A stretch of DNA of 64,000 bases from an uncultured Acidobacteriota bacterium (GCA_903862855.1 CAIOZW010000017.1:315-64314); one strand, 5' to 3'. Positions 31,114 to 41,603 are shown, counted from the first letter of the stretch. The notes: generated from the sequence alone by a model not told the origin. Program-made: numbers and translations.

Positions 31114-32469
31114 TCAGCCCTCCAGCATCACCGGATCCATCTCCGGAAAGTTCAAGGCAGCGACCCGGGCATAGATGTCGAGTGCGCTGGTCGCCATGGT
31201 CTCGACCCGGTAATGCTCACGAACACCACGCTGCCCCTCAGACCCAAGATCGCGTGCATACTCCGGGTTGCGACACAATTCTGCCACCCGCTCCGCAAGG
31301 TCGAGACTGTCTCCCGGCTGGAAGAGCACCCCTCCTCCGGTACGGGCGAGTATCTCCGGGAACGATCCCCACTGCGGCTGGACCACCGGGACTCCACTGG
31401 CAAGCGCTTCGAGAACTGGCAATCCTTTCGGTTCGGCATAGGTCGTTGGCATTGAGAGCAGATCGACCCTCCGCAGAAATTCCAGCTTCTCCTGCCGCTC
31501 CAGCTTGCCGTGATAGTGAAAATCGGCGGTCAGACCGGCCGTCGCTATCCGCTGCTCGATCTCCCGTAGATACCCGGCATGCTCCGGCGCCAGGTAGCCA
31601 GCCACGTCGAGCCGCAAAGAGTCGATCTTCATCACTCTCCGCAAATGGACAAAGGCCTCGACCAGCAGGTGCAGTCCCTTCTCCGGTGCGATCCGCGCAA
31701 AATAGCCAATCGTGAATGGCCGCTCACCCTCGGCACGCAGCTCCGCTCGCGACTCATATTCATCGTAATCGCGAAGGTTGATTCCAAGTGGCAGAACGTG
31801 AATCTTCTGGCGTGGTATGGAGAGGTAGTCAGACATCCGGTCAGCATAGAAATCACTGACCGCGATAAAGGCATCGACGTGCTGCGAGTGCTGTCTAATC
31901 AGCTCGAGGGCCTGCGAGTGGTAAGGTTCGCGCAACCCGTCAAGAAAGAGATCCTCGCCCTGGAGGGTGCAACAGACGGGACGCCCGGTTGCCGCGCGAA
32001 TCGGACCAGCCAGGCCAAGGAGCATCGAGTTCTGCATATCGACAATGTCATACTCGTATCCGCTCCGCCTCTCCGCAACCAGCCAGTCAACCAGCTTGCC
32101 AACCTCCTTGCGCTGGTGACCCTGCTCACCACGCAGCATGGAGATCGTCAGCTCGCCGAGTGAATCGGGATCGACAGCAATCGAGCGCTTTGAGGCTGCC
32201 TGCAAGGCCCGGCGTGAATCCCAGAGCCGGTCGAGCCAGCGTGGCGTATGTCTGAAGATTGCACTGTGCTGCTCGAGATAGACGCTGATCCCGCCAAAGA
32301 AGACCTTCCGGTTGCTCACCCCGGGCTCATCAGTCAATGGTGGAGTATAGAGCGGGAGCAGGTTGACCTCGTGCCCTTGGCGAAGCAGCTCTGAGGCCAG
32401 GGCATTGTCACGCAGACAGCTCCCACAGTACATACCGGCAGCGCCCGCTGTCAGGTAGAGGATTCTCAT
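31114..32469 (-). CDS. Family 4 glycosyltransferase (GT-B), 451 aa
   Basis: The C-terminal glycos_transf_1 motifs EPKGLPVLEALASGVPVV and GGGVLFQPGD. Its stop lies 3 nt from the ATPase start, so it is in the same operon. Confidence 0.75.
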   Translation of the reverse strand: MRILYLTAGAAGMYCGSCLRDNALASELLRQGHEVNLLPLYTPPLTDEPGVSNRKVFFGGISVYLEQHSAIFRHTPRWLDRLWDSRRALQAASKRSIAVDPDSLGELTISMLRGEQGHQRKEVGKLVDWLVAERRSGYEYDIVDMQNSMLLGLAGPIRAATGRPVCCTLQGEDLFLDGLREPYHSQALELIRQHSQHVDAFIAVSDFYADRMSDYLSIPRQKIHVLPLGINLRDYDEYESRAELRAEGERPFTIGYFARIAPEKGLHLLVEAFVHLRRVMKIDSLRLDVAGYLAPEHAGYLREIEQRIATAGLTADFHYHGKLERQEKLEFLRRVDLLSMPTTYAEPKGLPVLEALASGVPVVQPQWGSFPEILARTGGGVLFQPGDSLDLAERVAELCRNPEYARDLGSEGQRGVREHYRVETMATSALDIYARVAALNFPEMDPVMLEG

Positions 32470-32502
32470 AGCCGTCTGCGCCCCCTGCTCCCGGCAACCT
32501 TC

Positions 32503-33933
32503 TCAAGCTCCCGCCTGGGCCACCCGCTGAAAGGCCCGCCGCGCATAGAGATGCTCAAAGAGGTTCCCCTCGTGCGGCTGATCCCAGGCAATCTTCATCG
32601 TCGGGATCGGCCCGATATTGAGGCGATCGACGAGCGGCGAAGCAATCAGCTTCTCGATCAGCCGCGGATCCTCGGTCAACGCCGTCACGACCAGCGTTGG
32701 GCCAAGACGCTCCGGCAGCTCACGCTGATCGACCTCGACGACACTGGCAAATGGAAAGAGAAACTCACGATTGGCGAGCGGATGATCCGGTGACTCACAA
32801 TGGACTACTGTCGGCAAGAGATATGTCGCATCATTGAGGGTCACGACCCGTGAGCCACGAAGTTCACCGCTGACATCGGTCGCTCCACCCTCGCGGAGCC
32901 CTGAGTCGACAATCGCCGAGATCCGCTTGGCAATCTCGGGATTGGCAAACGGAGCAAGCAACGCCTGCTCATCCGTCACATCGCGTGGCACGATCTCCGT
33001 AAATCGCTTCGCCAGTGCTGCTGCTATCTCCCGGCCATGCCGCGGTACCCAGACACCCGAGGCATTGATACAAGATCTGCCTCCATTCTCGGTGATCGAG
33101 GCAACTAAGACGTCGAGGTACTTCTCCCAGTCGTCGATCAGATCTTCTCCAATGACCACCTTCGAATAACCCGTCCCGTGCAACTCGATCCTTGAGTCAT
33201 TGGCATACTTCCCAACCGAAGCAGAATCCCCAAAGAACATCCCCCGGCCACAGTTCTGGAGAATCGCTCCCGATCCACCGTGGTCAGTCGGATAGTAACT
33301 GAAGGCCTCGGCCGGCACACCAGCCTTGATCAGTGCCTGCGCGATCCGGTACGGAGACCAGGGTTCGGCACTGCCCGGCTTGAGCACGAGCGGAATCTTC
33401 ATCGCGATCGAGGGAATCCAGAGCGAATGAACTCCCGGCGAGTTACTCGGCAGAATCACCCCCAGCGAGCTGGTACGCGGATAGAAGCTCACCGCGTGTC
33501 CATCGTGCGTCCCATAGCCACGATCGAGAATCGCCGTGTCAAGACCCCTCGTCAGACCGGCGAGGACACTTGCCATCTCGGCCATGACTCCGCTGATCTT
33601 GTTCATGTTCTTCCGCACCAGAACGTGCGGCATACCCGTCGTCGCCGAAAGCTGCGCGACATAATCTTCCGGAGACTGCATCTCATCCCCGACTGGCAGC
33701 GTCGCTGTCATGAAATACCCGGCAGCCTCCCGCGACATGGCGATGAGCTGATCGGTCGTGAAGGCCTCCAGCGCTCTTCGCCCTGTCTCCTGATCGAGCA
33801 GATCGCGTCGGATCAGCCCGGCATTGGCCTGGCTGATCTCGACAAATGTCTCGCGGGTCCGAAAGTGGGGAACCCTCGCCACATCAACACTGCGGTATGA
33901 CTCTCCCTTACGAACTATCGGTATGTGCAGCAT
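32503..33933 (-). CDS. ALDH-fold acyl-CoA reductase, LuxC-like (long-chain fatty acyl reductase family). The start is at the internal MLHIPIV, which has a GGAGGG RBS.
   Basis: Roughly 475 aa with an aldehyde-dehydrogenase-like fold. The catalytic-Cys region is GGRSCINASGVWVP. It is tightly coupled to the upstream LuxE-like gene (13-nt gap), and this pairing is the hallmark of LuxC/LuxE modules. Confidence 0.5.
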   Translation of the reverse strand: MLHIPIVRKGESYRSVDVARVPHFRTRETFVEISQANAGLIRRDLLDQETGRRALEAFTTDQLIAMSREAAGYFMTATLPVGDEMQSPEDYVAQLSATTGMPHVLVRKNMNKISGVMAEMASVLAGLTRGLDTAILDRGYGTHDGHAVSFYPRTSSLGVILPSNSPGVHSLWIPSIAMKIPLVLKPGSAEPWSPYRIAQALIKAGVPAEAFSYYPTDHGGSGAILQNCGRGMFFGDSASVGKYANDSRIELHGTGYSKVVIGEDLIDDWEKYLDVLVASITENGGRSCINASGVWVPRHGREIAAALAKRFTEIVPRDVTDEQALLAPFANPEIAKRISAIVDSGLREGGATDVSGELRGSRVVTLNDATYLLPTVVHCESPDHPLANREFLFPFASVVEVDQRELPERLGPTLVVTALTEDPRLIEKLIASPLVDRLNIGPIPTMKIAWDQPHEGNLFEHLYARRAFQRVAQAGA

Positions 33934-33946
33934 CGCTCTCTCCCTC

Positions 33947-35026
33947 CTAGTAGACTCCCTCAACCACCGAGGTCGCAAACCGCGAGAAGGGACGCACATT
34001 ACGTACCCCGTCCCACGGATAGGTCTCGCACGGCCGTTCCCGTTCCGCCTCGTCTCGCTCGAGGAACCTGGGCATGAAGAACTCCCTCGTCAGTGTCGTC
34101 AGACGCACCCGCCCCGTCTCACCGTAATCGACGATTCGTGTCGGGTTGTCAGGATCGACCACCTCGAGGATCGCCCGCGGCATCGGCGGATAGTAGATGA
34201 TCGCGTAATTGTCGGCTGGATCGAAGGGTTTATGTGTCGCCAGACCCATCAGCGTATTGCCATAGGTCGGAGCAAAATAGGCACCTTCCATCAGCTCTTC
34301 CCTCGCAAAGCGATGAAACTGCGGCGTCATCTCCGTGCCTCCACAGAAGACTCCGGTGATCCCGGCCTTCTTCAGCGAGATCTTCTCACAGAGCGCCTCG
34401 AGCAACTTCGGTGTGGCAAAGATGCACTTGACCGAATCGTGGGCACGAAGAATCGTCAGCGCCTGGTCAATGACGTGCGCCTTGTACTTCTCCATCATCT
34501 GCATCTCACCCATCTTGATCAGCTTGATCACCCAGCGGGGATCGAGGTCGACACAGAACGAGATCCCGCCGCGGTGCTGAGCGAGGTGCTCGACAGCCAG
34601 ACGCAACCGGCGTGGCCCACTCGGTCCGAGCATCAGCCAGTCCGCCCCCTTCGGAAAGTACTCATCCGGCAGTGTCCCGCTGAAGTGCTCATAATCGATC
34701 CGGAAATCTTCGATACTGATGCGCGACTTCGGAATTCCCGTACTGCCACCCGTCTCGAAGACATAGACCGGCTGATCGGCCATCCCCTTCGGAACCCACC
34801 GCCTCACCGGGCCTCCGCGCAACCACTCGTCCTCGAAGGAGCCGAATCGATCGAGATCCTCATAGGTCTTGACCTCCCGGCGCGGATCCCAGTCGAGCTT
34901 CGACGCAAAGTCGAGCCAGAAGGGCGAGCCGGTCTCCGGCGAGAAGTGCCAGGCAACCATCTCACGAACATGCGCATCGAGCGCCTCTTTCCAGTTCTTT
35001 CTGTCAGCTTGCGGTATGGCAGTCAT
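33947..35026 (-). CDS. Adenylate-forming acyl-protein synthetase, LuxE/PaaK-like (359 aa)
   Basis: An adenylation core motif VFETGGSTGIPKS (the T-G-G-S-T-G-x-P-K pattern). The short length of about 360 aa is typical of the LuxE/PaaK subfamily rather than full ANL ligases. Confidence 0.55.
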   Translation of the reverse strand: MTAIPQADRKNWKEALDAHVREMVAWHFSPETGSPFWLDFASKLDWDPRREVKTYEDLDRFGSFEDEWLRGGPVRRWVPKGMADQPVYVFETGGSTGIPKSRISIEDFRIDYEHFSGTLPDEYFPKGADWLMLGPSGPRRLRLAVEHLAQHRGGISFCVDLDPRWVIKLIKMGEMQMMEKYKAHVIDQALTILRAHDSVKCIFATPKLLEALCEKISLKKAGITGVFCGGTEMTPQFHRFAREELMEGAYFAPTYGNTLMGLATHKPFDPADNYAIIYYPPMPRAILEVVDPDNPTRIVDYGETGRVRLTTLTREFFMPRFLERDEAERERPCETYPWDGVRNVRPFSRFATSVVEGVY

Positions 35027-35108
35027 ACTTGCTCCAATTTGGTTCTTTGATCCCCGGGGATTTCCCCGAGCAGACTTTTCACCAGTTCAATGACGGCACT
35101 GGCCGTGA

Positions 35109-35819
35109 TCAGGTTTCAAGCCGGAATGGATTAAAGTTGGTTTCGCGGTCGTAGTAGTCTTCGTTCTCTCTCTTCTTCAGAAAATTGACGATCCGGTAGG
35201 TGAGTGGAGTCGCAAGAATCTCCCACGAGACCTTGAGGGTGTAGTTGGTGATCAGTACCTTGACCAGCAGCGAGGTCGACCAGCCATCGGCCGCATAGAA
35301 TGCCAGCGGGTAGAAGATCAACGAGTCGACACCCTCACCACAGATCGTCGAGCCAATCGTTCGCATCCAGAGCCACCGACCTCCAGTCAGCACCTTCATC
35401 CGCGCCAGCACAAAAGAGTTTGTAAACTCCCCGGCGCAGAAGGCGATCAACGAGGCAATGACCACTCGTGGCGTATTGCCAAAGATCAGATCATAGGCCG
35501 CCTGGTGTGGCCAGTCAGGGGCGGGCGGCAGCGCGACGACAACGTAGCTCATGAAGGCCGCAAAGATCAGCCCACTGAACCCGGCCCAGATAACCCGCCG
35601 TGAACGTGCATATCCGTAAACTTCGGTCAGGATGTCTCCAAACAGATAGCTTAGTGGAAAAAAGAGGATCGCTGTGCCGAAAGGTATCCCGGCAACCATG
35701 CTGACCTTCTGCACGCCGATTACACCTGAACAGAGCAGGACGATCACGAACCCGGCCATGATCAGGTCATAATACCTGTAGTTGCGGCGCTCACTGACGT
35801 TATAGTCTATCTCTTCCAA
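35109..35819 (-). CDS. yhhQ: Queuosine-precursor transporter family (YhhQ/DUF165, VUT family), with a TTG start
   Basis: VSMVAGIPFGTAILFFPLSYLFGDILTEVYGYARSRRVIWAGF aligns with the E. coli YhhQ core. It has 6 TM helices. A GGAGA RBS lies 7 nt upstream of the TTG. Confidence 0.75.
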   Translation of the reverse strand: MEEIDYNVSERRNYRYYDLIMAGFVIVLLCSGVIGVQKVSMVAGIPFGTAILFFPLSYLFGDILTEVYGYARSRRVIWAGFSGLIFAAFMSYVVVALPPAPDWPHQAAYDLIFGNTPRVVIASLIAFCAGEFTNSFVLARMKVLTGGRWLWMRTIGSTICGEGVDSLIFYPLAFYAADGWSTSLLVKVLITNYTLKVSWEILATPLTYRIVNFLKKRENEDYYDRETNFNPFRLET

Positions 35820-36135
35820 GTGGGTCTCCGGGTATTCTGCAGAAATTTTTATTGTCCGCTCAGTTGACCATACCGCAGGTTTATCCGTCCAGCAGAATCA
35901 GCTCAATTCAGTCGGGTTCTGGATGTATTGCCATGTTCTGGATTTTGTTTATGACAAAATCCCCAAAATCCCCAAGATATTGAACCGTCTCTGGGCCAGT
36001 CTGTCTGGGCCTGAAAAGATCAAGCTCAAGACTTGACCATCAATTTCACTTTTGCCAGAAAATTGTTCGGATTTTGTGTCCCGAATCAATGCTGCTCAAA
36101 AGAGATTACGTCGTCGGCAAGGTGTGCCACAAATT

Positions 36136-36822
36136 TCAGTTGATTACCGATGGATTGCGGAGATCGAGCAGAGATGTCAGCCAGGAGTTGACATCCTGGA
36201 GACAATCGTAGGAGATCTCATGACCAACCGGGTATTCACGGTAGGTCAGCTCGACCGGCAGCTCCGCGAGAAGCCTTCTCGATTCGCGGCCGTGGTGAAT
36301 CGGCAGCACGACATCGCCAGTTCCGTGAGTGACAAGAACAGGCAACCCGGCAAGGGCACCCGGGTCGGGGATCTTCGCGATGGTCTCGGTAATGACCCGG
36401 CCACTCAGGGCGACAACCCCGGCGGCAAGTCCCGGATTGAGAAGCGCCAGCGAGAGGCTGATCATCGCCCCCTGACTGAAACCAAGCAGGTAGACGTCAG
36501 TCCGATCGATCTGGTACTGAGCAATCACACCGGCGATGAACTGGCAGAGAGTCTCACGTGCGGCCTCGACCTCACGCGGATCGATCATTATGCCCTCGGT
36601 CGAAAACCCCAGATTGAACCAGGCGTGCGACATCGGTCCAAGCGAAATCGGCGCCCGTGGACTGATCACCAGAAATCGGCCATCAACATAGGGGGCGAGT
36701 GAGAAGAGATCATCCTCGTTGGCGCCATAACCGTGAAGAAGCAGCAGCAGTGGCGCCCCGCGCCCCTCTCCAGTTCTTGGCAGAGCGGCATGATGGATGA
36801 GATTCAATCCTTGTGCAGACAT
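36136..36822 (-). CDS. Alpha/beta hydrolase, phospholipase/carboxylesterase family
   Basis: LLLLLHGYGANEDDL...VYLLGFSQGAMISL (the GFSQG nucleophile elbow)...HGTGDVVLP. Confidence 0.8.
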   Translation of the reverse strand: MSAQGLNLIHHAALPRTGEGRGAPLLLLLHGYGANEDDLFSLAPYVDGRFLVISPRAPISLGPMSHAWFNLGFSTEGIMIDPREVEAARETLCQFIAGVIAQYQIDRTDVYLLGFSQGAMISLSLALLNPGLAAGVVALSGRVITETIAKIPDPGALAGLPVLVTHGTGDVVLPIHHGRESRRLLAELPVELTYREYPVGHEISYDCLQDVNSWLTSLLDLRNPSVIN

Positions 36823-37114
36823 CGGTAATCCTTCCGTTTCCGTGACAATCTACCGGCAATCTGACGACTCGCCGGGCCAGCTTTCGTTTACTTGAGAGAA
36901 GGTTATTCTATTTGGCGATCGCCCAATTGGCAAAAACAGTCGGGGTACCATATTCTTATATTTTTCCTGCTGTACCCTCTCGCCTGGTGTCAAAAATGGA
37001 TCGTCCGGCGCTCGCCCTGCCCGTCCAAAATATCGGGTTCGGAGAACGCCACTCCAGGCATTCGGCGATGGCGTCATTAAGAAGCGAACCTTGCTTGGCT
37101 GAGAGATAAAAAAG

Positions 37115-39625
37115 ATGAGTCTGCGCGATGCCCTGCTCCACCCTGCCCTGATCGATCCCCGCCAGTGGGGAGAGATCAATCTCTTCGAGTATGCCTTCAC
37201 CCCGGATCGTTCACCAGTTGAGGGTGACGAGCACCAGACTCCTGAGCTGCGGTTCCGTGTCGAACATATGGATCTCGATTTGCGATTCGATCTGCCGACA
37301 CAGAGCATCAGCGGGGCGGCCATCTGTCGGATCTCCCCCATCAACTCTGGACTCGACGAGCTCAGTCTCGATTCCTCTGAGCTGGAGATCTCGTCGATCA
37401 CCCTGACCGGGGAGCGGCCGATTCCGCTCACCTGGGAGACTTTTCGTGACTCGATCACCATCCGCCTCGACCGTTCCTACAATCGTGGTGAGCTGATCTC
37501 GCTCCGAATCGTCTACGCAGCCCGTCCCCGCAAGGGGCTCTTCTTTATCAGCCCTGATCAGTCCTATCCCTCCAAACCGACCCAGGTCTGGTCTCAGGGT
37601 GAGAACGAGGATGCCCACTGGTGGTTTCCCTGTCACGATGTGACCAACCAGAAGATGACGACAACGCTGAGGGCCACGGTCGACCGCGACTTCGTTGTCG
37701 TCTCCAATGGCAGATTGGTCGAAGAGAAGGATAATCCTGATGGGACCCGCACCTTCCACTGGCAACTGGACCAGCCGCACCCGGCCTATCTTGTCTCGGT
37801 GGTCATTGGCAGGTATGAGGTGATCCATGACACGAGCGGTCGAGTTCCGCTTGCCTACTACCTCTACCCGGAACGGACCGCTGAGGGAGAGCGGCTCTTT
37901 GCCCACACTCCGGAGATGATCGAGTTCTTCTCACGCAAGTTCGGCGTCGACTATCCCTATCCCAAATACTCTCAGGCCCTCGTCGACGACTTTCTCTTCG
38001 GCGCAATGGAGAACACCTCGGCGACGACCATGACCGACCGCTGCCTGCTCGACGAGCGAGCCGCCCTCGACATCAATTATGACGACATCGTCGCCCACGA
38101 ACTTGCCCACCAGTGGTGGGGTGATCTGGTCACCTGCAAGGACTGGACCCAGATCTGGCTCAACGAGAGCTTTGCGACTTACTCTGAATACCTCTGGCGC
38201 GAAGAGACCGAGGGGCCTGACAACGCCCGCTGGGCCCTCTTCCAGGACTACCTGGTCTATCTGCGGGAGGATCTGACGAGCCATCGCCGTCCGATGGTCT
38301 GCCGCAAATACCGCTTCTCGGAAGAGCTGATGGATCGCCACGCCTACGAAAAGGGTGCCTGCATCCTTCACATGCTGCGCGGAATCCTTGGAGATGATCA
38401 GTTCTTCCGCTCCCTCGGCCACTACCTGCGTCAGCATGCCCACCAGGCGGCGGAGACACACGATTTTAAGGTGGCCATCGAGGAGGCGACCGGACGCAAC
38501 CTCCACTGGTTCTTTGAGCAGTGGATCTGGAATGCCGGCTACCCGGAACTGGAGGTCCGTCGAGACTGGGAGAATGGACAACTCCATCTGACGATCCGCC
38601 AGATTCAAGCGCTCGAGGGTGACGGACCGGTCTTTCGTCTCCCGGTCGAGATCGAGGCAACTCTTGCCGATGGATCGACCCTCTCCTGGCAGATCGAGAT
38701 CGGACGCGCCGAACAGGAGATCTTTCTCGCCTGCCCGACCCGGCCCTCGCTGGTCCTCTTCGACAAGGGCGAGCGAATCTTCAAACTGCTCCGCTTTGAA
38801 AAATCGCTCGACGAGCTGATTCTCCAGCTCAGATCGGCATCCGAGCTGATGGACCGCGTCCGCGCCGCCCGCGAACTTGCCTCCTGGAGATGCCCAGGAT
38901 CGATCGACACCTTGCGCGATATACTCAACAGTAATGATCATCAAGGGGTACGCATGGCGGCCGCCACCGCTCTCGGTGAGATTGGTGGAGAAACGTCGCG
39001 TCAGATCCTCATTACCGCCTGCCAGACGATCACCACCCTCCCGGTACTGCGCAGCGCAATCCTTGCCCTCGGACAGATCGCCGACCAGCGCGATATCCAT
39101 ATTTTCCGCGACCTGATCACAACCGCCCCGGGATACTTTGCCTCGGTCGCCGCCGTGCGCAGCCTTGCCAGCCTTGGTGTTGCCGACCTAACCGGTGAGG
39201 CCCGCGAGGTTCTCCTGCGGACCATCGAGGTCCGTTCCTGGCAGGAGGTGATCGCCGCCGCGGTCTTTCACGGCTTCAACCACGCCCGCGATCGACGCGC
39301 TGTCGATCCGGCTCTCAGTCACGTCGCTTACGGTCAACCTCTCCCGATCCGCCTCGCCGCCATCGGCTGCCTTGCCACGCTCGGCCTGGAGTTCCGGAAG
39401 GAGGAGAACTCTCCCCTGGCCGAAAAGATCCATCAGCGCCTGCTCGATCTGCTCTCCGATCCAAATCATCGTGTTCGCACTGCTGCCATTCGGGCTCTTG
39501 GCAAGATCGGCAATCCCGCTGCCCTCCCCAGACTCCGTCTTCTTCAAAATCAGGAATGTCTCGATATGATCCGCGGAGCGCTGCTCGATGCCATTACCAA
39601 ACTCGAGCATTCGACAAGATCCTGA
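37115..39625 (+). CDS. M1-family zinc aminopeptidase (aminopeptidase N-like) with C-terminal HEAT repeats
   Basis: GAMEN exopeptidase motif, HELAHQWWGDLVT (HExxH), and the downstream glutamate in LNESFATYSEY. The C-terminal repeats (AATALGEIGGETSRQILI...AIRALGKIGNPAAL) are HEAT/PBS-lyase-like. Confidence 0.85.
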   Translation: MSLRDALLHPALIDPRQWGEINLFEYAFTPDRSPVEGDEHQTPELRFRVEHMDLDLRFDLPTQSISGAAICRISPINSGLDELSLDSSELEISSITLTGERPIPLTWETFRDSITIRLDRSYNRGELISLRIVYAARPRKGLFFISPDQSYPSKPTQVWSQGENEDAHWWFPCHDVTNQKMTTTLRATVDRDFVVVSNGRLVEEKDNPDGTRTFHWQLDQPHPAYLVSVVIGRYEVIHDTSGRVPLAYYLYPERTAEGERLFAHTPEMIEFFSRKFGVDYPYPKYSQALVDDFLFGAMENTSATTMTDRCLLDERAALDINYDDIVAHELAHQWWGDLVTCKDWTQIWLNESFATYSEYLWREETEGPDNARWALFQDYLVYLREDLTSHRRPMVCRKYRFSEELMDRHAYEKGACILHMLRGILGDDQFFRSLGHYLRQHAHQAAETHDFKVAIEEATGRNLHWFFEQWIWNAGYPELEVRRDWENGQLHLTIRQIQALEGDGPVFRLPVEIEATLADGSTLSWQIEIGRAEQEIFLACPTRPSLVLFDKGERIFKLLRFEKSLDELILQLRSASELMDRVRAARELASWRCPGSIDTLRDILNSNDHQGVRMAAATALGEIGGETSRQILITACQTITTLPVLRSAILALGQIADQRDIHIFRDLITTAPGYFASVAAVRSLASLGVADLTGEAREVLLRTIEVRSWQEVIAAAVFHGFNHARDRRAVDPALSHVAYGQPLPIRLAAIGCLATLGLEFRKEENSPLAEKIHQRLLDLLSDPNHRVRTAAIRALGKIGNPAALPRLRLLQNQECLDMIRGALLDAITKLEHSTRS

Positions 39626-39820
39626 TCTTTTTCGATACTTCAAGCCTCCAACCGGATTGCTCCGCAACGGGTGGATGCAGTATAAATCAGTTACTGAATG
39701 AGCATTCATTCAGCAATCAGTCCGTCAGAAGAGTGCCTGGTTTTCTTGAAGCTGGCAGAACAAGAGACCGGATTAAGTTGGCAGAGTGCTCGCCGAACAA
39801 TGAGAAGTGAAGGAGTCTCG

Positions 39821-40600
39821 ATGAAGATCATAGTCTGTCTGAAGCAGGTACCGAAGAACGACTCGGTCTTGAGGGTCAATGATGAAGGGACTTGGATCCA
39901 GGACCGGGATTTGAGCTACGAGATAAATGAATCGGATCAGTATGCGCTGGAGGCGGCGCTGCAATTGAAAGAGAAGGTAGGTGGAGAGGTACTTGCTCTT
40001 TCACTTGGTCCGGCGCGGGTCCAGACGGTGATCAAGGAGGCGCTGGCGCGGGGTGCCGACCGGGGAGTGCATCTCGATGACGAGGCATTCAAGGGGCTTG
40101 ACGCGTATGGCGTGGCAACGGTAATCGCCGCCGCCGCCAAGAAAGAAGAGGCCGCCCTTGTGCTGACCGGGCTCCAGTCGGATGATCATGGCTATGCGCA
40201 GACCGGAGTGATCATTGCCGAGCAGCTCGGGGTAGCCCATGCAACGATCGTCATGGACGTCGAGGTGCAGGAGGCGAGGCTGCGGGTGAAGCGGGAGCTC
40301 GAGAGTGGCTATTTTCAGTGGGTAAGCCTGCCACTCCCGGCTGTGCTGACGATCCAGTCAGGAATCAATACGCTGCGGTATGCCACCCTCAAGGGAATCA
40401 TGGCCGCCAAGAAGAAAGAGATCAGCCATTATGATGCGGCGACGCTTGGACTGGCGGCGGATCAACTCGCGCCCCGCCAGAAGATCCTGCGGATCTATGT
40501 CCCGCAGAAGTCGAAGCAGACGCAGTTCATCGAGGGCACACCGGCCGAGGTTGCCGCAAGACTGCTGGAGAAGCTGAAGAACGAGGCACGGGTATTTTAA
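39821..40600 (+). CDS. etfB: Electron transfer flavoprotein beta subunit
   Basis: MKIIVCLKQVPKNDSVLRVNDEG... is the canonical EtfB/FixA N-terminus, with a GAAGGAG RBS. The track ORF starts 123 nt earlier. Confidence 0.85.
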   Translation: MKIIVCLKQVPKNDSVLRVNDEGTWIQDRDLSYEINESDQYALEAALQLKEKVGGEVLALSLGPARVQTVIKEALARGADRGVHLDDEAFKGLDAYGVATVIAAAAKKEEAALVLTGLQSDDHGYAQTGVIIAEQLGVAHATIVMDVEVQEARLRVKRELESGYFQWVSLPLPAVLTIQSGINTLRYATLKGIMAAKKKEISHYDAATLGLAADQLAPRQKILRIYVPQKSKQTQFIEGTPAEVAARLLEKLKNEARVF

Positions 40601-40613
40601 AGGAGAGTGTGAG

Positions 40614-41603
40614 ATGGCCAATGGTGAAGGCGGAATACTTGTCTATATCGAAGTAACGGAAGGTAGAGTCAATCGTGCCTCGTATGAGGCTCTGCGGGCT
40701 GGCCAGCTGATTGGAGCGGAGACGGGGCAGGAGGTTGCGGCAGTCCTCTTCGGCCAGGGAATCGAGGCGGCGGCAGCGGAGATCGCCGCGCGACAACTGC
40801 AGACGGTTCATCTGGTCAATGATGCAGCACTCGCCAGCTACACTGCTGATGGTATGGTCCGCGCATTTCAGCAGGTGATTGGACAGACCAAACCGGCACT
40901 GGTTCTGCTGAGCCACACCTATGAAGTGCGAGATTTTGCGCCAAAACTGGCGGCCTCACTCGGTCGGGTACTGACGGGAGACTGCATCGGCTACCGCGTC
41001 GATGGTCAGGATCTGGTACTGACACGCCAGATCTTTCAGGGAAAGATGGTCGCCGATGTCGTTCCGACGGGTGAGAAGCCCTGGTTTGTCAGCTTTCAGA
41101 TCGGCACATTCCGTGGAGATGAGTGTGAGGCGGGGACAGCAGCCGTCGCGCTGACCTCCGTCACGATCGATGCAGGAGAGATCAGGCAGAAGCCGGAGCA
41201 GCGCTTCAAGGAGGCCAAGGCAGCCGTCGATCTGACCCAGGCGCCGCTGATCGTCTCGGTCGGGCGTGGCATCAAGGAGCAGAAGAATATCGAGCTGGTG
41301 CGGAAGCTGAGTGAGGCGCTGGGAGCAGAGCTGTCGGCATCACGGCCGATCTGTGACAATGACTGGCTGCCAATGGATCGGCAGATCGGCTCGTCCGGAC
41401 AGACTGTCTCGCCAAAACTCTACCTTGCGGTTGGCATATCCGGGGCCATCCAGCACCTTGTTGGAATGAAGGGCGCACGAACCATCGTTGCCATCAACCG
41501 TGACAAGGACGCGCCGATCTTTGAGATTGCCGACTATGGAATCGTTGGTGATCTCTTCGAGATCGTCCCGGCCCTGACCGCTGAGGCGGAGAAGAACCGG
41601 TAG
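40614..41603 (+). CDS. etfA: Electron transfer flavoprotein alpha subunit
   Basis: [10 protein letters not shown]... and the FAD-binding C-terminus ([43 protein letters not shown]). Confidence 0.85.
   Translation: MANGEGGILVYIEVTEGRVNRASYEALRAGQLIGAETGQEVAAVLFGQGIEAAAAEIAARQLQTVHLVNDAALASYTADGMVRAFQQVIGQTKPALVLLSHTYEVRDFAPKLAASLGRVLTGDCIGYRVDGQDLVLTRQIFQGKMVADVVPTGEKPWFVSFQIGTFRGDECEAGTAAVALTSVTIDAGEIRQKPEQRFKEAKAAVDLTQAPLIVSVGRGIKEQKNIELVRKLSEALGAELSASRPICDNDWLPMDRQIGSSGQTVSPKLYLAVGISGAIQHLVGMKGARTIVAINRDKDAPIFEIADYGIVGDLFEIVPALTAEAEKNR

Noticed and set aside
33824-35050. 408-aa plus-strand ORF
   Set aside because: It lies entirely antisense to the LuxE-like gene and part of the LuxC-like gene. 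Its product is Arg/Pro-rich, typical of the wrong frame in high-GC DNA, with no motifs.
35820-36135. Possible preQ1 riboswitch in the 5' leader of the YhhQ-family transporter gene
   Set aside because: YhhQ/DUF165 genes are often preQ1-riboswitch regulated, so I folded the reverse-complement leader by eye. I found no convincing P1 stem with the CCC-containing loop followed by the A-rich pseudoknot tail. The only A-rich run (aauaaaaauuu) lacks the flanking helix. This should still be checked with cmscan against RF00522 and RF01054.
37931-39100. 389-aa minus-strand ORF (and the 231-aa ORF at 37211-37906)
   Set aside because: Both are antisense to the M1 aminopeptidase gene, which carries an intact HExxH...E motif.
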